Shown here one piece after another: positions 9,586 through 19,045 of a stretch of 36,980 nt of DNA. The notes under the pieces were generated by a model. It was not told where the DNA came from. It saw only the letters and a program-made list of their open reading frames with translations, and did not search any database. The position numbers and the translations under genes are program-made. The stretch is taken from the NCBI GenBank assembly GCA_964493715.1, contig CAZBPC010000024.1:1-36980 (forward strand). The letters are read 5' to 3'. Positions within the stretch are counted from its first letter, which is position 1. Each line of letters starts with the position of its first letter. Source of the stretch: an uncultured archaeon. Lineage in GTDB: Archaea; Asgardarchaeota; Lokiarchaeia; Sigyniarchaeales; SOKP01.

Positions 9586-10449
9586 TTAAGCACTCTTCCA
9601 AGAAGTGATATACTCTAAATTTTCTGGAAGTAGAATATCTGGATTAGTAAAATGCCATCCTCCTTTTAAGCCATATTCTTTAGCAGTTAGATCAAAATGA
9701 CATGCTGCTATGCCCATATCAAGTTTAACAAATGGTCTATAGCTCGCTGCTATCTGACCTTCCGGATATTTAACATAAAAATGAAAGTTATTTTCATTTT
9801 CTTCTTTTATGATTCTCCAAGGCTGCTTATTTCCAGCAGAAGGTCCTAAACGAACCATTTCTAAAATTGTAGCATATTCATTAAGATTTTCACTAGATAG
9901 GGGATTTTGAAAATTAATATTGAAAAATATTTTGTCCCAAGGTTTTCTATTCTTTGCTTGAATCATCCTTCGGATTACTTTTTCTCGAGTTCTTCTTTTT
10001 GCAGGGTAACCAATGGGTGTGATTGCAGGAATTATCTCTTCTGCCTTACAGTTAACTTTTTTGGAAAATATCGTCCGGTTAAACGTTCCCCCGAGCCAGC
10101 AAGTACCAAGACCTAAATCTGTTGCTTTAAGGATTATCAATTCCATTAAATATCCATAATTTACTTTGTTGTATTCTGATTTTTCTGATGCGCCAACAAT
10201 AAATTCTTGGGCTCCTGATATCATCCCATAGGTTCCAAGGTGTTTTTGTTCATTCGGGTCAAATTCAAGTACGCTTACTAACTCAAATCGGCAATTTCCC
10301 GTTTTATAACTAAAAGGACTAATTAAATTACCTTGTTCCAATAATATCTCAATTTCTCCCTTGACATCTTCTTTAAGTAATTCAGGATCATAGGTTCTCC
10401 ATGACGTGCGTTCCCTAATAATATCTGTTATTGGTTTTGAGAATTTCAT
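9586..10449 (-). CDS. Nitroreductase family protein (two-domain TM1586-like)
   Basis: IRERTSWRTY, LGLGTCWLGGTF, GPSAGNKQPW, LDMGIAACHF. Start moved to ATG 10449 (MKFSKP) from the track's 10506. Confidence 0.9.
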   Translation of the reverse strand: MKFSKPITDIIRERTSWRTYDPELLKEDVKGEIEILLEQGNLISPFSYKTGNCRFELVSVLEFDPNEQKHLGTYGMISGAQEFIVGASEKSEYNKVNYGYLMELIILKATDLGLGTCWLGGTFNRTIFSKKVNCKAEEIIPAITPIGYPAKRRTREKVIRRMIQAKNRKPWDKIFFNINFQNPLSSENLNEYATILEMVRLGPSAGNKQPWRIIKEENENNFHFYVKYPEGQIAASYRPFVKLDMGIAACHFDLTAKEYGLKGGWHFTNPDILLPENLEYITSWKSA

Positions 10450-10696
10450 AATTTGATGGAATCTGTAAAGAATTATAACTATTTCTATACTAAAATATAA
10501 TTTCATTTCTAATGTGAGATTTTTCCCTTAAATTTTATTGAAATTATTAATAAAGTAGCAAAAAGCAAAAGAGATTAGACTTAAATTCCAAATAAAATTA
10601 TTCAAGTCCAAAAGTGTTACTTTTGTATTCAGAATATTTTAATTAAAAAAGTGTAGATTTGACTTGTTAGATTATATAATCAATGATAAATGGATA

Positions 10697-12145
10697 ATGG
10701 ACAGAATTTCTTCTCAAAGTTCAAGTTTTAGTAATTGGATGACCGAATTATTTAAAACAGTTGAAAATGTTATTGATGGGATAGATACATCTCTAATGGG
10801 GCATAATGAACTTAAGAATACTGAAGATGAAATTACTCAAGCTAAAATTCAGTTAGCAGATGCAAAGAAAAAATTATCTAATTTAGATAATGGATCATTT
10901 GGAGCTAAAATTGCAGGAAAAACTGCAAAATGGGTTACAAAACGTCTTGAAAAAGAAATGCAACAATCTAAACCGGAATTAGAAGAAATAGGAGCTGATT
11001 TTGACCTTGATTTAGATTTTATAACGGGTAAAAAAAGAACTTTATCTTCTGCGTTGTTCGATGTTTCTAAAGAGAGAGGAATTGATAACAAAGGATTGCT
11101 ATATTTGATAAAATCATTACCAGACCTCGAAGCGTTTTTATATAGTACAAGCGTACAAAAATATTATAGGGATCATACGGAACATACACTTAGAGTCTCA
11201 GTTTTGGGGGATTTTCTATTAGAGCAAGATATAGGACAAGGAAAAATGTCAGGGATCATCTCTGAATTATTAGAAGTCGATGAAAAGCAATTGAAAGAAA
11301 AAATATGGTGGATCACGAGTTTATTACATGACATTGGATACCCATTGGGAAAGATGTCAACAGCAGTTAATTTTTCATTACTAAATCAACTTCTGAGATG
11401 TTATCCCTCATTAGATTTAGATTTTGTTCCATTTGAAATAAATTTATCTTGGAAATCAAACCAAGAAGAGTATCTAAATATTATTGAAGAAGGTCTTTCT
11501 AAGGAAGCTAAGACTCTGATAAGAAAAGGATCAGGAATTCTCAATCCTGTATTGAAATCTCAATTACCAAATACTTATTTACAACAAATTTCTGGACACC
11601 CAGAATATCAATTTACTCCAACTTTCAATTTGGATCATGGGGTTCTTTCAGCACTATCTTTACTGAAGGGTCTTGGTACTCCCGAAGAAATCAGATCGAA
11701 TGATGAATACCAAGGCTATATCTTTGCTGCAAAATCAATGGCTTTGCATAATTTTAAGGAAAGATTACCAGATCATAATTTTGACATTCAACCGCTAACT
11801 TTTTTTCTGATGTTGATTGATGAACTCCAAGAATGGGGGCGCCCTATACCTGTTCAAGTTAGGGACACGTACTTTACCATGGAATTAAAAAAAATTTCTC
11901 TCTTAGATGAAATATCATTGCATCTTGACGATTTTTCTTGGTTAATGCAATTTAAAAACGAGCAAGCCAAAAATCTCATGAATTTTGATTTCCAATTATT
12001 TTCCAAAGAAAAACAAAACTCGTTTGGTAGATTAGATAGAGGTTCTAAATTTTCCAAGACCCTAATTAATCTTCAGAACATAGTACCCTCTAAAAAGAAA
12101 AAAGTAAGTGAACATATCTTAGGCGAAGTAAAAATCGAAATTTAA
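10697..12145 (+). CDS. HD-domain metal-dependent phosphohydrolase with N-terminal coiled coil
   Basis: RDHTEHTLRV, LLHDIGYP, DHGVLSA, ALHN, IDELQEWGRP. Likely start ATG 10697 (track: TTG 10664). Confidence 0.8.
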   Translation: MDRISSQSSSFSNWMTELFKTVENVIDGIDTSLMGHNELKNTEDEITQAKIQLADAKKKLSNLDNGSFGAKIAGKTAKWVTKRLEKEMQQSKPELEEIGADFDLDLDFITGKKRTLSSALFDVSKERGIDNKGLLYLIKSLPDLEAFLYSTSVQKYYRDHTEHTLRVSVLGDFLLEQDIGQGKMSGIISELLEVDEKQLKEKIWWITSLLHDIGYPLGKMSTAVNFSLLNQLLRCYPSLDLDFVPFEINLSWKSNQEEYLNIIEEGLSKEAKTLIRKGSGILNPVLKSQLPNTYLQQISGHPEYQFTPTFNLDHGVLSALSLLKGLGTPEEIRSNDEYQGYIFAAKSMALHNFKERLPDHNFDIQPLTFFLMLIDELQEWGRPIPVQVRDTYFTMELKKISLLDEISLHLDDFSWLMQFKNEQAKNLMNFDFQLFSKEKQNSFGRLDRGSKFSKTLINLQNIVPSKKKKVSEHILGEVKIEI

Positions 12146-12257
12146 AGAACTATTTTTTTTCTTCTTAATATTTATAAAGATAATACTGGACTCCAATTCT
12201 TTTATTAGGTGACTCTTTTATACTTTAATTAAAAGAAACGGATTAAACTAAAAGAGT

Positions 12258-12485
12258 ATGAGAAGAAATATGGCAACTCAAGTTAAGTATGGCTCAGATT
12301 TTTATGAATTTCTCGATTTCGTTCAAGAGTTTTGTAGTAAGATTAATTTAATACAGAAAGACCAAGTTCAACTCATATATAAAAATTTCAATTTAAAAAC
12401 TTGCAAAAAAGAGTTAGATAAGGAAATAGAATCGATTGATGAATTACTAAATAAACAATTAATTAATCATAACAGTTATTCATAA
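12258..12485 (+). CDS. Small hypothetical protein
   Basis: 75 aa ORF filling the gap between the HD and CYTH genes; no recognisable motif. Confidence 0.5.
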   Translation: MRRNMATQVKYGSDFYEFLDFVQEFCSKINLIQKDQVQLIYKNFNLKTCKKELDKEIESIDELLNKQLINHNSYS

Positions 12486-12526
12486 TCATATAATTATGGT
12501 CCAACTTTTCATTCTTTTTTTTTAAT

Positions 12527-13123
12527 TTAATTGCTTTGTTTCTCTACGATTAACTCAAGATATGATTTTCTAATAGAATCATCTTTATTGATATTAAACC
12601 TTTCTAATAATTTAAATAGAATCTCTCGAGCGTCATCAATCTCTTGAGGTGAGGAAACAACCATCTCTAATTCCATGAAATATTGATGTAGAAATGGGAT
12701 ATAATCCAATAAAATTTCAATTTTTTCATCTTGATAAAGAAGATCAAATAATTCTCTTTCTTTTTGAATTATTAAAAACTCTTGGAAACCGAGTATTTTC
12801 AAGATCTCTCTCATGTTATCAAAGTTATCAACTATTACTTCAATCTCTTGTCTGGTTTTTGTATTAGAATCTATTTTTTTTCCTTTATAGGTTAAATAAC
12901 ATTTGGATTTGAGTAAAATATCATCATCATTCTTATCAAATTCTTCTGATTTTCTAAGCCGAATTGCTTCATCCGTATCCTTGAAATCTCTCAATTCTTT
13001 GGGCATATTAAAATAACTATCTTCATGCAGAAGACTAATATTATATGTTCCTCCGTTAAAACGGATTATATCTCTTAATTCTTCAAGATTTTGAATTCTG
13101 ACTTTAATTTCTACTTCATACAT
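12527..13123 (-). CDS. cyaB: CYTH-domain protein (class IV adenylate cyclase/triphosphate tunnel metalloenzyme)
   Basis: EVEIK, HEDSYF, DEAIRLR, LTYKG, RQEIE, KERE, FMELE, RKSYLEL. Confidence 0.92.
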   Translation of the reverse strand: MYEVEIKVRIQNLEELRDIIRFNGGTYNISLLHEDSYFNMPKELRDFKDTDEAIRLRKSEEFDKNDDDILLKSKCYLTYKGKKIDSNTKTRQEIEVIVDNFDNMREILKILGFQEFLIIQKERELFDLLYQDEKIEILLDYIPFLHQYFMELEMVVSSPQEIDDAREILFKLLERFNINKDDSIRKSYLELIVEKQSN

Positions 13124-13254
13124 TTTTTATTATCTTTAATCTTTTCAACTATTTCAATAACAATATAATTATTTACTAAATTTATATTAAATAGCAATAA
13201 ATTTAGACTTAATTAGATCCTTCTAAATTGTCACATATTGAGTAAAAAAAAGAG

Positions 13255-14226
13255 TTGATTCTTTCTTTGGATACTAAATCTGTTCATAAACTTGCAGAGC
13301 AATATGGATATCTACCTTATATGATTGAAAGGTACTTTCAATTCTTAGGGGAAGAGCAAACAAAACAACTATTAGAAGCAAATGAAAAACCATTAACTCC
13401 TTCAATCAGAGTTAACACGCTTAAAATTAGCAAGGATACTTTAAAAGAAAAACTGGAAAGCAAAGGGTTAAAGTTAGAACTAATTGATTGGATATATGAC
13501 GGGTTTAAAGTTAGGAAATCTCGCTTAAATTTAGGTTCAACTCATGAATATCTTCAAGGATTTTATTATATTCAGAGTGTTGCTCCAATGTTACCTGCAT
13601 TAATTCTCAACCCAAATCCAAGTGATTTAGTGATTGATATGTGTGCAGCTCCTGGGGGGAAAGCCACACACCTAGCTCAAATCATGAACAATAGGGGAAA
13701 TTTAGTATTAATAGAAAGAAATAGACACAGAATACCCGCTTTAGAAATTAACCTTCGAAGAATGGGTATTTATAATTCGATAGTTATTAATGATGATTCA
13801 GTGAATCTATCAAAGTTGAAATTGAAAGCTGATAAGATATTATTGGATGCACCTTGCACTGGAGAGGGATTAATCAGGCAAGATCCTAGTAGAAAGAGAA
13901 GTAAAACTATGAAAGATATCGAAAAATTAAGTACTGTTCAAAAAAAGTTATTAAAAGCTGGTTTGAGCTCATTAAATCCCGGAGGACAACTTTTATATTG
14001 CACGTGTTCAATTGCACCAGAAGAAAATGAATTAGTTATAGATGATGTGCTAAAAGATGAATTAGAATTTATTGTTATTAAGTTACCAAAAAAATATGGC
14101 GTAGATGGAATAATAGAAGTTTATAATAAAATGCTTAGGGAAGATATAAAGTATTCTCAGAGATTGTATCCGCATACCAATGATACGATTGGGTTTTTCG
14201 TATGTTTAATTCAGCGGAATATATAA
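13255..14226 (+). CDS. NOL1/NOP2/Sun family RNA cytosine-C5 methyltransferase
   Basis: IRVNTLK, G.YYIQ, DMCAAPGGKATH, LLDAPCTGEG, YCTCSIAPEENE, GFFVC. Confidence 0.95.
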   Translation: MILSLDTKSVHKLAEQYGYLPYMIERYFQFLGEEQTKQLLEANEKPLTPSIRVNTLKISKDTLKEKLESKGLKLELIDWIYDGFKVRKSRLNLGSTHEYLQGFYYIQSVAPMLPALILNPNPSDLVIDMCAAPGGKATHLAQIMNNRGNLVLIERNRHRIPALEINLRRMGIYNSIVINDDSVNLSKLKLKADKILLDAPCTGEGLIRQDPSRKRSKTMKDIEKLSTVQKKLLKAGLSSLNPGGQLLYCTCSIAPEENELVIDDVLKDELEFIVIKLPKKYGVDGIIEVYNKMLREDIKYSQRLYPHTNDTIGFFVCLIQRNI

Positions 14227-14405
14227 TATAAATTCATTAAGTTTTGTAGAAATTTGGTCCTAATTTGTTTATATAACACTATTTCTTAATAATCATGAAT
14301 TAATTCTTTTATGCAATAGGTAAGAGAAAAGAGTGAAATCCAATGTTTTCTGCAATAAAGATTTAATTCAAATTTTTCTTTCAATCCAATTTCATCTGAT
14401 AAGAA

Positions 14406-15365
14406 ATGATGCTCCAGAGTGAAATAGCTTTTTATTTGTTAAGGTTCTATCTTTATACTAATATTAATAATTTTGCAGAAGGGGATAGTTTTAAGGAGCT
14501 AATTAAAGTTGAAATTTTAAAAGCTTCGTTTGAGACCTTTACAAGAATTATAGAAACCTATCCTGAATTGAAACAAGAATTTAAAGATAATGCATATATT
14601 AATGAAGAATTTGAAATTTGGACTAAGTTTAATAAATACTGGGACATCATGAAAGAAAAAATTATCGCACACCCCTTAAGTTTAGATAATCCGAACGTAC
14701 AACATATAATTGCCATAGCGGAAGATATGATGAATCAGAATAAGACTCTCAATGTAGAAAGATTATATAACGTTTCAAAAAAAGTCTTAAAGATACCCCG
14801 AAATGGTCTAATTTCAATCATTAATTTTTTAATCAATAATCACGTGTTACTTGAAGGCTCAAAATTTTCAAGAGAAACGGTACTTGAGAATTATTTAAGG
14901 AAAAACATCTTAGAGTATATACAACTCAATGGATGTGCACACTTTTCAATTTTAAGAAAAGAAGTATTATCCGAGCGAGATGGAAATCAAAAAAGCTCTG
15001 GGCAGCTAGTATGGCATTTAGAAATGTTAATGAAATTTAATTATATAAAAAAAATAAAAATAGGAAATTATTCGGTTTTCATACCATATAAGGAAGATGA
15101 GAGAAGCGCAAAAGTCCTTTTTCTGGTAAAGGATCGAATAAATAGGGAAATCTTTAGCCTATTAAGGGAACTTGGACAAATTAAAAAAGCAGATATGTTT
15201 AAAGAGATTGACGAACGAAGAGATTATGTGAATTATCGAATCAACAATCTTATCAACCAGAATTTGTTAAAATACGACCCAGTATCCAAAGAATTATCTT
15301 TGTCTCAAAAAGATAAGAAAAAAGTCGATGAGGCAATAAATAGAGAATTGAGGAGGATGAAATAA
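14406..15365 (+). CDS. Multi-winged-helix putative transcriptional regulator
   Basis: Tandem wHTH-like segments: EGSKFSRETVLENYLRKNILEYI...HFSILRK...GQLVWHLEML...IKKIKIGNYSVF and INREIFSLL...VNYRINNL. Start codon uncertain. Confidence 0.72.
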   Translation: MMLQSEIAFYLLRFYLYTNINNFAEGDSFKELIKVEILKASFETFTRIIETYPELKQEFKDNAYINEEFEIWTKFNKYWDIMKEKIIAHPLSLDNPNVQHIIAIAEDMMNQNKTLNVERLYNVSKKVLKIPRNGLISIINFLINNHVLLEGSKFSRETVLENYLRKNILEYIQLNGCAHFSILRKEVLSERDGNQKSSGQLVWHLEMLMKFNYIKKIKIGNYSVFIPYKEDERSAKVLFLVKDRINREIFSLLRELGQIKKADMFKEIDERRDYVNYRINNLINQNLLKYDPVSKELSLSQKDKKKVDEAINRELRRMK

Positions 15366-16669
15366 TGGTTCTTAATATAAATCCTGAGGATATGTGTGAT
15401 CTAATAACGGGGTTAGTCATTATTATAACAGCTATATTGACATATACTGTCCCAAAAACGAAAAAAATAGTTTCTTTACGATATTTAAGATTGGGGATCA
15501 TTTCGATGGGAGTTTTTATGCTATTAGAAGCGATTAGTCCTCTATTCTTAATTGAATCTCTTTCGGTAGTTTCAGGATTTTTTGTTGTTTTAGCGGCAAT
15601 ATTTATAGTTATGGGAGTAAATTATACCCTTAAAGAGTCTTATATGTCATTAGGATTATTAATTGTTATCGCTGCATCATCAGTATTGATATACTTAGCC
15701 TTTCAACCTGGAATAGTGAATATAGTTAATAGTGATGGCTATGTGACTATAAGATGGCAAGGCCTTTTTTCTCTAATAGGGGATGGTCTCGTATTATATA
15801 TCGAAGGTTATGTCTTCTACTGGGGTATAAAAACATGGTTAAATGCACCATTTTTAATTAAAAAAGAAGCTACTATCTTTTTTCTGGGGATAATCGTTTT
15901 CTCCCCTGTAGTAGTTATTTTCTATCTACTTTATTATATCAATGGTTTAATGCTTATAATTGCAGATATATTTTCAATTATCGGTTTTGTCATTTTAATT
16001 ATCGCTATAGAGAGAGAACCAAAATTATTACATATATTACCATTTAAAATATTTCGAATACTAGTCAAAGATCGTCATGGCTTTCCACTTTTCGATTATG
16101 ATTGGTCAGAATCCAAAATTGCCGAAAATATATTTACTGGCTTTATCAATGCGGTGCAATTGATGAGTGAAGAAGTCATGACCATTGGTGGATTATTAGA
16201 TATTAATTTACAAAAGGGGATATTGATAGTCCATGAATCAGATAATGTAACTGTAGGTTTGGTCTCTTCCAAATCATCAAAATTGTTAAGAGATTCAGTA
16301 CTGAAATTTACGCGAGATTTTGAGTCTAAATTTAAAAAACAATTGGAAAATTCCCTTACTGATATGGAGAAATATGAAACCGCAAGTGAATTGATTGAGA
16401 AATATTTTTCAAACTTTCCTTCTCATGTTATTTTTAGTAGAAAACAGCCTCTTCTATTATCCAGTAAATTTATGAAACGAGTAGGAGAATTTGATAATAA
16501 ACTAAAAAAAATGTTCCCTGATGAGAAAGAATATGAAAATATAAGAAACGAAATAGAGAAATCCCCAATTGGTTTAGTACCCGGTTTTTTTTCTCTGTAT
16601 GACGAGTTAGAAGACGAAATTGATAAAATCGAAGATAAAAAAATTAATCAACTTGATCTAAAAGACTAA
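15365..16669 (+). CDS. Seven-TM membrane protein with C-terminal longin/roadblock-like cytoplasmic domain
   Basis: Seven hydrophobic helices in aa ~10-215 with a beta-hairpin-like loop between TM4 and TM5, then IFRILVKDRHGFPLFDYDW...IFTGFINAVQLMSEEV...ILIVHESDNVTVGLVS...LRDSVLKFTRDFESKF (longin-like pattern). ATG overlaps the upstream stop (TAATG). Confidence 0.7.
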   Translation: MVLNINPEDMCDLITGLVIIITAILTYTVPKTKKIVSLRYLRLGIISMGVFMLLEAISPLFLIESLSVVSGFFVVLAAIFIVMGVNYTLKESYMSLGLLIVIAASSVLIYLAFQPGIVNIVNSDGYVTIRWQGLFSLIGDGLVLYIEGYVFYWGIKTWLNAPFLIKKEATIFFLGIIVFSPVVVIFYLLYYINGLMLIIADIFSIIGFVILIIAIEREPKLLHILPFKIFRILVKDRHGFPLFDYDWSESKIAENIFTGFINAVQLMSEEVMTIGGLLDINLQKGILIVHESDNVTVGLVSSKSSKLLRDSVLKFTRDFESKFKKQLENSLTDMEKYETASELIEKYFSNFPSHVIFSRKQPLLLSSKFMKRVGEFDNKLKKMFPDEKEYENIRNEIEKSPIGLVPGFFSLYDELEDEIDKIEDKKINQLDLKD

Positions 16670-16686
16670 ACTTAATTGTTTAATAC

Positions 16687-17259
16687 TCATTGTTTTCTTC
16701 TTAAATAATATCCTTTATCAATTAAATTAGTTGCTACTAAATCTCCTTGATTGAGTAATTTATAATTAGAAGGATCATTTTCCAAACGAGCAAGAGCTAT
16801 AAGCTCTCTTGATTCATTTAAAACTAGCAGTATTGCACTTTTTTGAAAATCTGACGGAAAATTAGAAATCATCCTTTTTGTTATCGGATTTCCATATAGT
16901 ATTGCTTTCTCCCCTTCATTTGTTACTTTTAAAATATTGTGTTCTGGAATGATATTTTCCTTTAGAAAGAACTCTGCTCCTTCTAAGCTTAAAAAAAATG
17001 TATTTCTTGATATAAAACCTAAATATAATCCCGTTGATGTAATCTTTACGTTAATTTGAAAGCTAAGGATTAACTCTCGTAGCCTTTCAAAAATTAAATA
17101 AACTAGATGCCTATTCTCATTTTCAGGAATTAATATGTATAATGAAAAATTCTTTTTTTCTATAAATGGAGCAATACTTGGTGAAATTTGATTTAAAGCA
17201 GCAAGAATAATTTTAATTTCAGTTTCATTTAGAAGTCTAAAATTTTTAAAGGCTCTCAT
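16687..17259 (-). CDS. nip7: Ribosome biogenesis protein Nip7-like (PUA domain)
   Basis: STGLYLG...FFLSLEGA...EGEKAILYGNPI...VLNE...IAL...LIDKGYYLR. Likely start ATG 17259 (MRAFKNFR). Confidence 0.85.
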   Translation of the reverse strand: MRAFKNFRLLNETEIKIILAALNQISPSIAPFIEKKNFSLYILIPENENRHLVYLIFERLRELILSFQINVKITSTGLYLGFISRNTFFLSLEGAEFFLKENIIPEHNILKVTNEGEKAILYGNPITKRMISNFPSDFQKSAILLVLNESRELIALARLENDPSNYKLLNQGDLVATNLIDKGYYLRRKQ

Positions 17260-17418
17260 TCTTAACTGCAATAAAAAGAAATAAGTAGTTTTATTATCAC
17301 TAATCAATAAAGCTTTTAAAAAATATTTTTTTAATTTTGTCATAAAAATTACAAAACCCTAATAAAACATAAATAAATAGTCTTGAAGGAGATAAATCAA
17401 AAAGGAGAGATCATTGAT

Positions 17419-18135
17419 ATGGGAATACGAAAAATAGAAGACGAAATAGATTTAAGAGAAGCTATGAAGAGAAAAGCCGCAGAGCTGAAAATAAAAGATA
17501 TCCAAGCAAAAGTCTCCACTGAAAACTTCACTAAAGAAAAACTTAAAGATATAGCTCAAAAACATGGTGTTATTTTAGCATTGACTCCAGAATTAAAGAA
17601 AGAAGTTAGAGAATTGCAAAAGATGTATAACATTCCTTCTTCTAAAATTATAACAGAGCAAATAACAGAACACGATGTATTAATAAAATTCTCAAAAATT
17701 AACCATGAAAAATTAGGATTATTGGCGTATCAAAGGTTATTATTACAGAAAGAAGAAATTGGAGTTGGGCTGGTACCGATTAATGAGGTATTTGAACTGG
17801 TAAATACAGGAATTCTAAAAGGTAATATTGATCTTAAAGATTTACTTAAAGCATTACGGATACTGGAAAAGAAACACGTGATTGACGAACTATTAGAGTT
17901 GGATTCTGGAACAGTAATGGTAAGATTTTTCTCCGTTCAATACACGAGTGATCAAGTAAAAATTATTGGTATTGCTAAAGAAAAAGGATATGTTTCAATA
18001 GAAGATGTATGTGTAGAGTTAAATTGGTCTCAAGATCGTGCTATAAAAACACTAGAATCGTTGGAAGGTAGCGGAATAGCAAAATTCAGAGAATCAATAT
18101 TAAAGGGAAAACAATGGTACTTCCCATCAGTTTAA
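17419..18135 (+). CDS. ESCRT-II Vps22/Vps36-like (EAP30) protein
   Basis: MGIRKI N-terminus; tandem winged helices GLVPINEV...DLLKALRIL...YTSDQVKII..AKEKGYVS...LNWSQDRAIKTLESL...WYFPS; adjacent to Vps25 and Vps4. Start ATG 17419. Confidence 0.88.
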   Translation: MGIRKIEDEIDLREAMKRKAAELKIKDIQAKVSTENFTKEKLKDIAQKHGVILALTPELKKEVRELQKMYNIPSSKIITEQITEHDVLIKFSKINHEKLGLLAYQRLLLQKEEIGVGLVPINEVFELVNTGILKGNIDLKDLLKALRILEKKHVIDELLELDSGTVMVRFFSVQYTSDQVKIIGIAKEKGYVSIEDVCVELNWSQDRAIKTLESLEGSGIAKFRESILKGKQWYFPSV

Positions 18136-18139
18136 TTAA

Positions 18140-19024
18140 TTATTCAACATTTATCTTAAAAGATATTTGCCCATCTTCTAATTCTATAATTTTTCCTTTA
18201 CGATCATTTTCTAACATTTTAAAAATTTTCTCAATATCTTCTCTTGGAAGGTTGCTGAATTCTTGATTAGATTCTCTTATTTCAAATATCAATATTGGTT
18301 CTAGCGGTGAAATTTCCATCGCCCACTCGTATATCTCTTCTGCCCAATTATCAAGAGACTTCCAATATACTCTCAGTTTTTCCTTACTCTTTGAAAGCCA
18401 TTCTGCTTGTTCCTTATCGACAAGTGCTTGAGCAATTTCTCTTAAAGCTGTAGCTCTATCTTCAAAATTTGCAAATGGTTTAACAGATTGCATTTTTCTT
18501 AAGTATAAAATGTGTAAAATTGCATATCGCGCATAATCAAAAAGCACTTTTAACCATTCACTTTTCCAAGATTCATAATCTTTGGTATTAGTTTTCTTAT
18601 TAGGGATGGAATACATGAAAATGTATCTCGTTTCTTCTAACCAAGGATAATCATTAAGCAATAATTCATAAGTAGATACTTCTTTTGCTACAACCGCCTT
18701 TTCTCCAATTATTTCTGTTTCTATGCGTTGTAACTCTCTTTCAATTTCTTCAGCATTCTGTTTATAAGCTTTACTATCTACTTGTCCAAGATTGGAAGTA
18801 AGAAAATCTTCAATTTTGTTTAGGCGGGTTTCAATGTTCCCATTTTTTACTTCATTAAGTTCTTCTTCTGTTGAAATATCCTCTACTTGAATATGCTGTA
18901 ATTCTTGAATTTTCTTTAACTCCTTTAATCTTGTTAGTTCTTTCCTTAATTCCTCTAATTCTCTATCTGCTTTTTCTTTTACTTCATTTGGAACTTCTTT
19001 TGGTCTTTCTCTTTGCCTTTCCAT
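18140..19024 (-). CDS. vps25: ESCRT-II Vps25-like protein with N-terminal coiled-coil extension
   Basis: YPW...FMYSIP, SWKSEWLKVLFDY, VYWKSLDNWAEEIYEW, EFSNLPREDIEKIFKMLE match Vps25 patterns. Confidence 0.88.
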   Translation of the reverse strand: MERQRERPKEVPNEVKEKADRELEELRKELTRLKELKKIQELQHIQVEDISTEEELNEVKNGNIETRLNKIEDFLTSNLGQVDSKAYKQNAEEIERELQRIETEIIGEKAVVAKEVSTYELLLNDYPWLEETRYIFMYSIPNKKTNTKDYESWKSEWLKVLFDYARYAILHILYLRKMQSVKPFANFEDRATALREIAQALVDKEQAEWLSKSKEKLRVYWKSLDNWAEEIYEWAMEISPLEPILIFEIRESNQEFSNLPREDIEKIFKMLENDRKGKIIELEDGQISFKINVE

Positions 19025-19045
19025 TTCTAATCATCTGATAAAAGA

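Noticed and set aside
17260-17418. Upstream extensions of nip7 (to 17343) and Vps22/36 (from 17383)
   Set aside because: They would consume the divergent promoter region; internal ATGs give family-typical N-termini.
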